Shown here piece by piece: positions 14,035 to 22,400 of a stretch of DNA of 45,591 nt. Under the pieces are notes generated by a model, which saw only the letters and a list, made by a program, of their open reading frames with translations, made no database searches and was not told the DNA's origin. Position 1 is the first letter of the stretch, and each line of letters begins with the position of its first letter. Made by a program: the position numbers and the translations under genes. Origin of the DNA: Malassezia furfur (lineage: Eukaryota); NCBI GenBank assembly GCA_052055015.1, contig JBQJIT010000038.1; one strand, written 5' to 3'.

Positions 14035-15488
14035 TTACTCCACTTTTACATGAAACGCACTCACGCGGAGAGGTGTTGCTAACCAGTGCTTCAGAGGGGC
14101 ATCGTTCGCTTCAGCATTGCCAATGGCAACCCCTCCGACCTCAGTTGCACCTGCCGTATCTGAATTGATCACAAGAAAATTTTGAACTCGTTCCTCCTTC
14201 TTTGCATCGTTTAAAGCTCCGCGCAGTTGGCGCTTAGCTTCCTGGTAGGCAGCAATAGGAGCATGGTGAGCAGACAAGGATGCAGGGGGATGCTTGCTTT
14301 CGGCATAGCTTTTATCATACAAAACCATGCTCCCTTCTAACTCCTTTTCCGCCTGGAGAACTTGTAAATACCATGCTCGTGGACATAGCGAGGACCTGTT
14401 TAAGTACAACCAGCTCCGTACCATGAAGATTGTGGCAGTACATCATTTTTGCGTTTGGTGGATGCTCCCATCTTGATACCTCCCAGCAAGTTTTCCATCC
14501 GATGGTTGCGGCGCCAACTAATTGCTGCGTGAGTAGGGAACATACATGCGGCACCTGGTACCGGCTCGACATCGGGCCACGCTGATGACCCAATCTCGAT
14601 GCCGGTTTCCCTTGACACGCGGTGTTCCATCATTTCACGGCTATCAGGAAACGGCGTTGAATTGGCATAGACAGGGCACGAGTGAGTTGGGTCTAGGCCA
14701 GCAATGACTTGGGCACACGTTAATGCTAGCGAATGGTCGGTGTCGGGAAGGGATACAACAACACTCGCCAGAAAGACCGGTTCCAACCAGCGTATGAGCA
14801 ATGCACCCTGGATCCCCAATGTATTCCAAACGCGCAGTTTGTCCGAGCATGACATACTGATGCTCGGAGGCGAATCACGTCGTCCGGGTTTAGTTCGTAG
14901 CAGGATGCCCTCCCGTGTCGCAATGGTCTGCCTGCCACGGAGAAGAGTGGCGCTGTTGTGTTCTGGCACACGTACGGTTCCACCTTTCGAGTCTTGCTGC
15001 TGGTGACGTGCTTGGAGCAGTTCGGTAGATGCCTCTCCGCAAGGTAACGTTGATATGTAAAGGTGGATTTTTGCTTGCGGAAGTAGACGCCATCGTTTAG
15101 GTTCGTCGTGGCTTTCATACACCGGGGTGAAGAGCCGCGGGAGACCATCGATTGTATCTTCTGCGCTGCGAACTTCTGAGACAAGTCGTTCAAGCAGCCA
15201 TGCACGGGTGGATCGCCTCGCGAGCACCTCGGCATGACAGTCGTGTAGTACGTCGCCATAGGGGGAGAGACGGACGTAGGGCGTGCACTTTACGCCAGTC
15301 GCCAATGTCAACGGTACCCACTGGTCGTCTACTTGCAAGACGGTGCCCGCAAGAATGGTCCATTCATTCCTGGGTCAAACATAGACTTACCTTCCGTTGG
15401 AGCGACGTTGTGGTTTGCCTCCTCCACGGGGTAGCGTTGCGTATGCATCGAGACAAGTCCGTGCAACTTGTTCGGCACATGGGGTCAT
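14035..15488 (-). CDS. TAD1: tRNA-specific adenosine-37 deaminase (Tad1/ADAT1); introns 15370-15390, 14525-14545, 14396-14421
   Basis: N-terminus ...GKP..NEWTILAG..LATGVKC; catalytic DCHAEVLARR, YISTLPCG, LRTKPGRRD, MSCSDKL; no dsRBD seen. Confidence 0.9.
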
Positions 15489-15518
15489 ACAGGAGAATTT
15501 GGCTGAAAATACCACTAA

Positions 15519-16706
15519 TTACAATTTCTCAGATTTGGCGTCCGTGCGCGCGTCCAATTTGGTGGCTTTCAGTTGCTCGGCTAGGGCTTCGGTTGCATCG
15601 GGGTTCGATTCGTCTGAATCGCCTTTGCTAGTTGAGGCCGAGTCCTTCGCACTTTCTTGGACTGCACTCCCTGGATCGGACTGGGCATGCAACTCATCGT
15701 AGAGGTTGTCCAGCTCTTCTTCCCAGCCGCACTTTTGGGCAAGCACACGAATAGTGTCATCCACTTTGCCCTGGCAGAACACGTCGCGTGAGTCTTCACT
15801 AAAATCGAAACCGCCACCACCAAGAGGATCAAATCGAGATAGGAAGCCACTAGACCGCGACTCGCCCACACGGTCGAGATTAAAAAGATATCTCGGGCAC
15901 TGAAGGGGCACTTCGTCTATCAGTGACGCGAAGGGATTAACCTGGATCAGGCAATACACATACCACCAACGATGTTCCCATGACAAGTAAAACTTGGGCA
16001 CGGCGGAAGTCCACCAGCCGCTCGAAGAAACGGTCAGGCAAGTTTTCGCCGAAAACTGCATGAGCCACGCCACATACAGACAATGTCCGGCTTGATGCTT
16101 GGCACCTGATCCTTTTTCTGGCACTTGGGCTGCTCACAGCGGGCCACAGATCCGCCGATCACCTTTTCTTTGAGCCAGTCGTCATCCACCTCTGTCTTGC
16201 ATTCGATACAACGCGCTTTGGCGAATGAGCCATGAGCCTCCACCAACCTGTCGGGTGACAGGCCGCCCAAGAGCTCGAGCGTGTCGACTGTGTGAGCCAT
16301 GCATACGTACTATTCTGCGTAAACACCCGCAAGAGCTTTCCTTTCTTCTCAAGCAGGCGGAAGAAGCAGTGCGTCAGCGTGGGTTTGTACCGTGAGCCGT
16401 CGGGATAAAGCTCTTTGTACAACGTGTAAAACGGTTGCGGGTTCTCGCGGAAAAACCCAATGTCGAACAAAGCCTCCGGGTAAGGTAGGTCATACTTGGC
16501 CAAGCTTGCGTACAGCCCCGTTACGGGCGAGCGAAAGTCGGGGATCCCAGCACTAGTGGAGATCCCCGCACCGGCCATAATCAGCACGCGTTGGACTATG
16601 TGAGTGGTCAATCGCACATACCTTTGCCATTCGTGAGCAGCTTAGCCAGTCCCTCTAGCTGGGCTTCCACGCTAGGCGAAACATTCGGCTTCTTGGATGC
16701 CACCAT
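15519..16706 (-). CDS. HST2: NAD-dependent deacetylase, sirtuin class Ib (Hst2/SIRT2); introns 16596-16621, 16288-16310, 16055-16076, 15942-15963
   Basis: [41 protein letters not shown] and MGTSLV-VNPFASL are restored across four 22-26 nt introns. An alternative ATG lies at 16712. Confidence 0.92.
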
Positions 16707-16791
16707 GCCCATGCACGCGGGGAAGTCGTGGGGCAACGTCGCGGGTGACTAAAATGTCCACCGGTGCTGCCCTCCACCACTCGCTGCGGAG

Positions 16792-18123
16792 ATGGTCGAG
16801 GGAGGTCCGGCTCGGGCAACACGAGCCGCCAAAAAAGCGGATGCAGAGAAGGAGAGCGAGGAGGTCGCGAAACAGCCCAAGCGTCCTTCGACCGGCGAGC
16901 TGCAGGCGGCTTTGCTCCATATCAACCAGATGCTCTCGCTGTTGGATCTGCCGCTAGCCCAAGGCCGGCCCAGCCGGCAGCCTCCGTCCATGCACGAAGG
17001 CCTGATGTACAGTTTGAACGATCTGCTTATACCCCTCAACTCGCTAATGCGAATCCCATACTCCACGGAGCAAAACCTAGCGGCTGCGATCGGCGCACAG
17101 AACAATGCGGGCAGCGCTCCGACGCACGACTTGGGCGTGTACGAGTCGACTGCAACGGGCATTGCGCACGTACTGGAGCAACTCAACTCGCTCATGCACG
17201 AGTCCCTTCCAGGAAGTTCGGATGGTGACACTGCCGTTCAGGTGGTCGAGCGCCATCTTGCCCAAGACCCACTCAGCACGACTGAAGTTCGCGACGTGCT
17301 TTTGCGCATGCGGCAAAAACGTCGACGACTAACCGCTGTACCTACCGCCCAGACAGGAAAAGGGCGGAGTTCCAAAAATCCGCCAGGAACCGCGCTACGG
17401 AGCCCCCTGTATCCCATGCCAACGGCGCTGCACTTTGCGAGCCTCACACCCTGGATCGAGGAGTGCGAGGCATCTGCCAAGAGCCAGCCGATTCAGGATT
17501 CCCTCAAAGTGCTTGTCCAATCCTTCAATGAAGTCATGGCCGTACGGTGCCGCAACGAGGCCGAGGCGCTGAGATCGCCCAGCCGCGACTTTGGGCAGCA
17601 TCTGCCGATACAGCGCGTGCGAGCACGACTCGCTTCATGGGGTGACCGGGCTGGAGAAATCCAAGTCGAACTTCGAGACATTGCGCTCATTACGATAGGG
17701 CTGCAAGGTGCGGACGATGGTGCGCATGTGGCACGAATCAACCTGTTTGCTCCGAGCGAGTCGGGCGACGACGAGCGCCGCGGCGTGAGTGGCTCGCTCC
17801 TTCCTTCAAGGTTTGCGCGGTACAATGAAATTGCAGACCATCTTCTCATCTATGCACTCGAACGGCAGCGAAGTATGTCCTACCTGCAGGCCCTGGGTCA
17901 TACCCTGGAGCAGGTGGCTGCGTTACGCACTGTTTTTGATCCACTGCCTGTACCCGAGTCGCTCGTTTCGCCCGTCCCAGCACGCATCGAGGTCGGCACG
18001 CTGGCGCAAGACAAAACTATGGACCACGCGAAATGCATCGTATGGAAATGGTGCAGCGTGCTGCAGCCCGACGCGACCACGCCACAGGGCGAGTGGTGCG
18101 CCTACTCGCCACGGCTGATGTAA
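16792..18123 (+). CDS. Hypothetical 443-aa protein, possibly a divergent Mediator subunit MED27
   Basis: Single long ORF. The C-terminal segment INLFAPSE...PSRFARYNEIADHLL...VAALRTVFDP...WCAYSP resembles my recollection of the Med27 C-terminal domain; not verified by search. Confidence 0.4.
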   Translation: MVEGGPARATRAAKKADAEKESEEVAKQPKRPSTGELQAALLHINQMLSLLDLPLAQGRPSRQPPSMHEGLMYSLNDLLIPLNSLMRIPYSTEQNLAAAIGAQNNAGSAPTHDLGVYESTATGIAHVLEQLNSLMHESLPGSSDGDTAVQVVERHLAQDPLSTTEVRDVLLRMRQKRRRLTAVPTAQTGKGRSSKNPPGTALRSPLYPMPTALHFASLTPWIEECEASAKSQPIQDSLKVLVQSFNEVMAVRCRNEAEALRSPSRDFGQHLPIQRVRARLASWGDRAGEIQVELRDIALITIGLQGADDGAHVARINLFAPSESGDDERRGVSGSLLPSRFARYNEIADHLLIYALERQRSMSYLQALGHTLEQVAALRTVFDPLPVPESLVSPVPARIEVGTLAQDKTMDHAKCIVWKWCSVLQPDATTPQGEWCAYSPRLM

Positions 18124-18129
18124 CACGTG
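18124..18129. promoter_or_regulatory. CACGTG(A) box upstream of ERG3
   Basis: Immediately follows the upstream stop codon, 84 nt before the ERG3 ATG. Confidence 0.45.
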
Positions 18130-18212
18130 ATCTGACCGGGTCCAGAGTCACGCCACATAGTCTTGCATAAATTTTGGCTCGCACTGCGTGTGTAGTGTGC
18201 GTTCCCGGCACC

Positions 18213-19169
18213 ATGGACTTGGTTCTGCACATTGCGGACGAATACGTCCTGGACTCCGTGTGGGCTCACCTGCTGCCTGCGTCTCGATTCTCGTCGGCAT
18301 GTGGTGCACAGGATTCCATGCTGAACAAAACGGTGATCGATACGCAGCAGATGATTTCCCAGTGCGGTGAGCCTGGCAAGGCCGTATCGTGGCTGCCGCG
18401 CGACAACATTGTGCGCCAGACGATCTCGCTCTACGTGATCACGTATATTGGGATCCTGTTGCTCTATTTCTCAATGGCGTCCCTCTCCTACTACTTCCTG
18501 TTCAACAAAGATCTGATGAAGCATCCCCGCTTCCTCAAAAATCAGATTAAACTTGAAATCCAGTCATCGCTTCGCGCGTTCCCATGGCTCGACCTACTGA
18601 CGGTGCCATGGTTTGTGGCTGAGGTGCGGGGCTACTCGCGGGTATACGATCGGTGGGATGAGTATGGGCTGTGGTACCTGATTCTGAGTGTGCCCTTCTT
18701 TCTGCTCTTTACCGATATCTGCATCTATTGGGTGCACCGTATCGAACACCACCCATCTATCTACAAATACGTGCACAAGCCGCACCATAAGTGGATCGTG
18801 CCAACACCGTTTGCCTCGCACGCGTTCCACCCGATTGACGGGTATGCACAGAGCCTGCCGTACCACATTTTCCCGGTGCTCTTCCCCCTGAACAAGCTTC
18901 TGTTCCTTGGCCTGTTTGGTTTTGTGAACATGTGGAGCATCATGATCCACGATTCGGACATGATCACCGGCACAGGGCTGGAGCGCATCATCAATGGCCC
19001 GGCACACCACACTCTGCATCACCTGTACTTTACTTGCAACTACGGCCAGTACAGTACCCTCTGCGACCGCCTCGGCAACAGCTTCCGCGAGCCGCATCGT
19101 GATGATGACCCCCTGATTCTGGCAAACCAGTCTCAGCCTGAGACGCGTGCCCACGTCAAGGAAGAGTAG
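18213..19169 (+). CDS. ERG3: C-5 sterol desaturase
   Basis: MDLVL start; His boxes HRIEH, HKPHHKW, HHTLHH; TPFASHAFHP; NYGQY. Confidence 0.95.
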   Translation: MDLVLHIADEYVLDSVWAHLLPASRFSSACGAQDSMLNKTVIDTQQMISQCGEPGKAVSWLPRDNIVRQTISLYVITYIGILLLYFSMASLSYYFLFNKDLMKHPRFLKNQIKLEIQSSLRAFPWLDLLTVPWFVAEVRGYSRVYDRWDEYGLWYLILSVPFFLLFTDICIYWVHRIEHHPSIYKYVHKPHHKWIVPTPFASHAFHPIDGYAQSLPYHIFPVLFPLNKLLFLGLFGFVNMWSIMIHDSDMITGTGLERIINGPAHHTLHHLYFTCNYGQYSTLCDRLGNSFREPHRDDDPLILANQSQPETRAHVKEE

Positions 19170-19296
19170 ACCGCAAGCGGATACTGGACACCCCTTTCCT
19201 TGGATCAAGACGCGATGTACATGTGCTGTCGCGGCCGCCTCTCGGCGTTTGCCCTTGGCATAGATCACTGTTGATAATGATACCAAACGTTCGTTG

Positions 19297-20271
19297 CTAT
19301 GGACGACGCCATTGTGGATCTTGAAGGAACGCGGCCATGTGCTTGCTCCCTGTCTGGAGCAACGGGTGCCCCGCGACGATCTGCAAGAACCGCTCCAGGC
19401 CCTCGCGACGCGCTTCAATTACGTCTTCCGAGAAGCGACCTGTGTACACCTTGCCGGGGAGCATGGGGATATTGACACGGTTCGACTCGCGCTCCAGCAG
19501 GTCACGGAAATAGTCGAAGTCGGAATACCTGCGCCGCACAGTGGAGTACGACAGCTTGAAGGCAGGGATGTTAGTACGCGTCACAACCTCGTAATCTGTA
19601 AACATTTTGCGCCCATGTCCATGCGTGATAGGGTTCCGTACTTCGACCTCCAAAAAGTTCTCAGGCACGCCGTACATGTCGTCGTTGGAGTCGTATCGCG
19701 AGCCGACCGTCTCCACCCGCGCAAAGGGTGAATAGGTGGTAGGGTATACAGATTTTGTCTGGGTTGCGGCGCGCGCGCTACCCGATGGATGCGCTGCGGT
19801 GGGTTGGGAAATGCGATCCGAACTCAATTGGGCCGTGTGTGCGGCGGGCTGAACGGGTTCTGCTGCAGCCTGGTATACGGTGCTCGTCGTCGCAAACGGT
19901 TGGGGGTCTGGTGTATTCGTCGCACCCAAGTACGACGGAATGCCGCTGGCCGGTGCAGCAAATGGCGAGAGGGTGGGGTCAGACACCGCCGCGAGCGGCT
20001 CCGGATCCACGGGCGCGGACGACATCCGGTCCCACGCATGCAGCGATTCTGTAGGCTGCTTGGGCTGCACAGGAGCTAGATCGGGTGGGGGGCCCCAGGG
20101 ATGCTCCTCGTCCACGACTTCCTCCGTGTCAGGCACGAGGGAGGTAGACTTTGGCACCTGCGCCGGTGTCCTGTCGAACACGTTCGACTGACTTGTACCA
20201 CCCCATACTTCGGCTTGGGAACCCGTCAGTGGGTTGTCCGAAAAGGAGCTCTCAGAATAGAAAAAGGACAT
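19297..20271 (-). CDS. SNX3: Sorting nexin 3 (PX domain) with a long N-terminal low-complexity extension
   Basis: [15 protein letters not shown]...[24 protein letters not shown]...LPGK...[22 protein letters not shown]. Confidence 0.9.
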   Translation of the reverse strand: MSFFYSESSFSDNPLTGSQAEVWGGTSQSNVFDRTPAQVPKSTSLVPDTEEVVDEEHPWGPPPDLAPVQPKQPTESLHAWDRMSSAPVDPEPLAAVSDPTLSPFAAPASGIPSYLGATNTPDPQPFATTSTVYQAAAEPVQPAAHTAQLSSDRISQPTAAHPSGSARAATQTKSVYPTTYSPFARVETVGSRYDSNDDMYGVPENFLEVEVRNPITHGHGRKMFTDYEVVTRTNIPAFKLSYSTVRRRYSDFDYFRDLLERESNRVNIPMLPGKVYTGRFSEDVIEARREGLERFLQIVAGHPLLQTGSKHMAAFLQDPQWRRP

Positions 20272-20727
20272 TGCTGCCCTCTCGCTGGGACTCTGGACGA
20301 CAACCGGTGTGTTTGGCGACGACGATCGCTGTTGAGCGGGTGCGATCGGGAGCGACCCGATCGTCCTCCACTTTTGGATACGTTACTGCATGTGCCCACC
20401 ACATATGCAAATGAAGCGAGCAGGCGTGGCCAGGCAATGCAGGCAAATACATTGTTAGCCATAAAGCCCTTTGCATCCTTGGTGTTTTGGGTGTTTACAG
20501 CTTGCGGGGCTGTTCCTCTTTATCGTTGTAGCTAGCAATATATTGTACTGGAGCTAGTTTGATTTGAACCATGCGCATGCTGGCTATCGATACTACATTG
20601 AATCCTGTTTTCTGAGGCAGTATTGTCTTGGAGCTGGTCACAGCATCGGTCGTACGGCGGGACGCCGCGCACAGACCTTGCGGCCGCATGGCTTGTGGGG
20701 AAGGGGCACCGCCGTTCTCAACCAGGT

Positions 20728-20760
20728 CACGTGAATTGATAAAACTATACTTACCACGTG
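20728..20760. promoter_or_regulatory. Tandem CACGTG boxes in the RPL7 promoter
   Basis: TCACGTGA (core 20728-20733) and CCACGTGA (core 20755-20760), about 100-130 nt upstream of the ATG. Confidence 0.5.
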
Positions 20761-20860
20761 ATGAACAGGGTGCCGGCGGCACGCCGCGCGCTGTAAGGTC
20801 GTGCTCGCGGAAGGTTTTCGTTCTCACCTCCCATCGGTTGCACCGACACTTACACTCAAG

Positions 20861-22002
20861 ATGTCTGCTGCCCTGGTCAAGACGTACGTACTGCTCGCGG
20901 ATCCATCCCATGTTATTATGCGAGTGTTTGTATCGTGTCATGCGTGTGTGCGGTGAAAACGCGCGCACGAAACAGGACCCGATACGATGCGTGTAATAAC
21001 TTGGATGCCGCACTTTTTTCGTTCACAGTACTAACACCAAACCAGTTCTGTGCCTAGCGCCAAGGATGTGCTCGTCCCCGAGACGCTTCTGAAGAAGCGG
21101 AAGACCGACTCGAAGCTCCGCGAGGAGAAGCAGGCCAAGGCCGTCGAGCTCCGCAAGGTGTGTATTGCACACCTCTCGTATCTGCGCGCATATCCCCGAC
21201 GCCCTCTACATGATGTATACCAACCTTTTGTGGACTAGGCGTGCTTTGCATTGCCGATGATGTCTCAATTATACCATCTTTCGGGGCTGATTTGACTTTC
21301 ATTGTCATGGGAGGGGTCTCTTGCGTGCAGCAGATACGGGAGACGTTTTGTGTGAACATGTACTAACCCTTACAGGCCCGGAAGCAGAAGCGTGCCGTCA
21401 TCTTCAAGCGTGCCGAGCAGTACGTGAAGGAGTACAAGGCGCTGGAGCGTGAGCAGATTCGCCTGCGCCGCCTTGCCAAGTCGCAGGGTGACTTCTACGT
21501 GCCGGCCCAGCCCCGTGTTGCCTTTGTTGTGCGTCTGCGCGGTATCAGCAACATCCCCCCCAAGCCGCGCAAGATCATGCAGCTCCTGCGTCTGCTCCAG
21601 ATCAACAACGGTGTCTTCCTGAAGCTCACCAACGCGACCCAGCAGATGCTCCAGCTGATCACTCCCTACGTCGCCTGGGGTGAGCCGAACCTGAAGACCA
21701 TCCGTGAGCTCATCTACAAGCGTGGTTACGCCAAGATCAACCGCCAGCGCATCCCTATCTCCGACAACAGCATCATTGAGGAGCAGCTTGGCAAGTACGG
21801 CATCATCTCGGTCGAGGACCTCGTCCACGAGATTGCCACCGCCGGCCCCAACTTCAAGGTCGCGAACCAGTTCCTGTGGCCCTTCCAGCTCTCGAGCCCG
21901 ACGGGTGGCTTCAAGAAGCGCAAGTTCAAGCACTACATCGAGGGCGGTGACGCTGGTGACCACGAGTCGGACATCAACCGCCTGGTTCGCCGCATGAACT
22001 AA
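20861..22002 (+). CDS. RPL7: 60S ribosomal protein L7 (uL30); join(20861..20883,21046..21157,21376..22002)
   Basis: [47 protein letters not shown] motifs; strong codon bias; introns of 162 and 218 nt, both with perfect TACTAAC branch sites. Confidence 0.97.
20897..21011 (+). other. Long imperfect hairpin filling RPL7 intron 1
   Basis: Nested complementary blocks GCGG/CCGC, ATCCA/TGGAT, GTTATTA/TAATAAC, GTATCG/CGATAC and CGTGTGTGCG/CGCGCGCACG around loop GTGAAAA (20953-20959). Confidence 0.8.
21206..21293 (+). ncRNA. snR39B: Intronic box C/D snoRNA, snR39B/SNORD2-like (guide for the LSU rRNA G equivalent to yeast Gm805)
   Basis: C-like box ATGATGT 21210-21216, C'-like ATGATG 21257-21262, D box CTGA 21287-21290. 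The guide ACCATCTTTCGGG (21273-21285) is complementary to conserved LSU CCCGAAAGAUGGU, and the D+5 rule targets the G of CCCG. Ends are approximate. Confidence 0.85.
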
Positions 22003-22400
22003 GCGCTTGATTGTCTATACCGGTGTCGTTCTGTCATACGATGGATTTGCTATGATATAGCGAGTCTCATGTCTCTCTACTTGCGTGCATCATTTTCGAT
22101 GCTGCACTGGCCTGGACTCTTCGTGCCACATGGGATCTGTAGAGCTAGTTGCCAAAAAATTGGAATCCGCCCACATTGGTTAGTCAGCCGCACTGCGGGC
22201 CCCGAGGGTCGAACTATGCAGAAGGGCGGAGAATCTTGTAGAAGGTGTTTTTCAGCCTCGTAGGCCGCTGAATGGACATGTTTGCCACGCGCCGCGCTGG
22301 CTCGGTGGCCGACGCACAGGCGCCTGCGGTCAAGAAAGAATTAAAACACTGGCCGGGCCAAAACGTTTTTCTTGGACACACTCGAGTGTATTGACCGAAT

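Noticed and set aside
13700..16100. Visibly lower GC around TAD1 compared with the first 12 kb, as a possible horizontal transfer
   Set aside because: Genes are native eukaryotic housekeeping genes with the same micro-intron style; weaker codon bias explains it.
20747..20760. ATACTTACC resembling the U1 snRNA 5' end
   Set aside because: Continues ACGTG rather than TG; I see no U1 stem-loop I or Sm site downstream, and it lies in the RPL7 promoter.
20495..21013. 172-aa minus-strand ORF and 122-aa plus-strand ORF upstream of or within RPL7
   Set aside because: They overlap the RPL7 promoter, exon 1 and structured intron; no codon bias or motifs.
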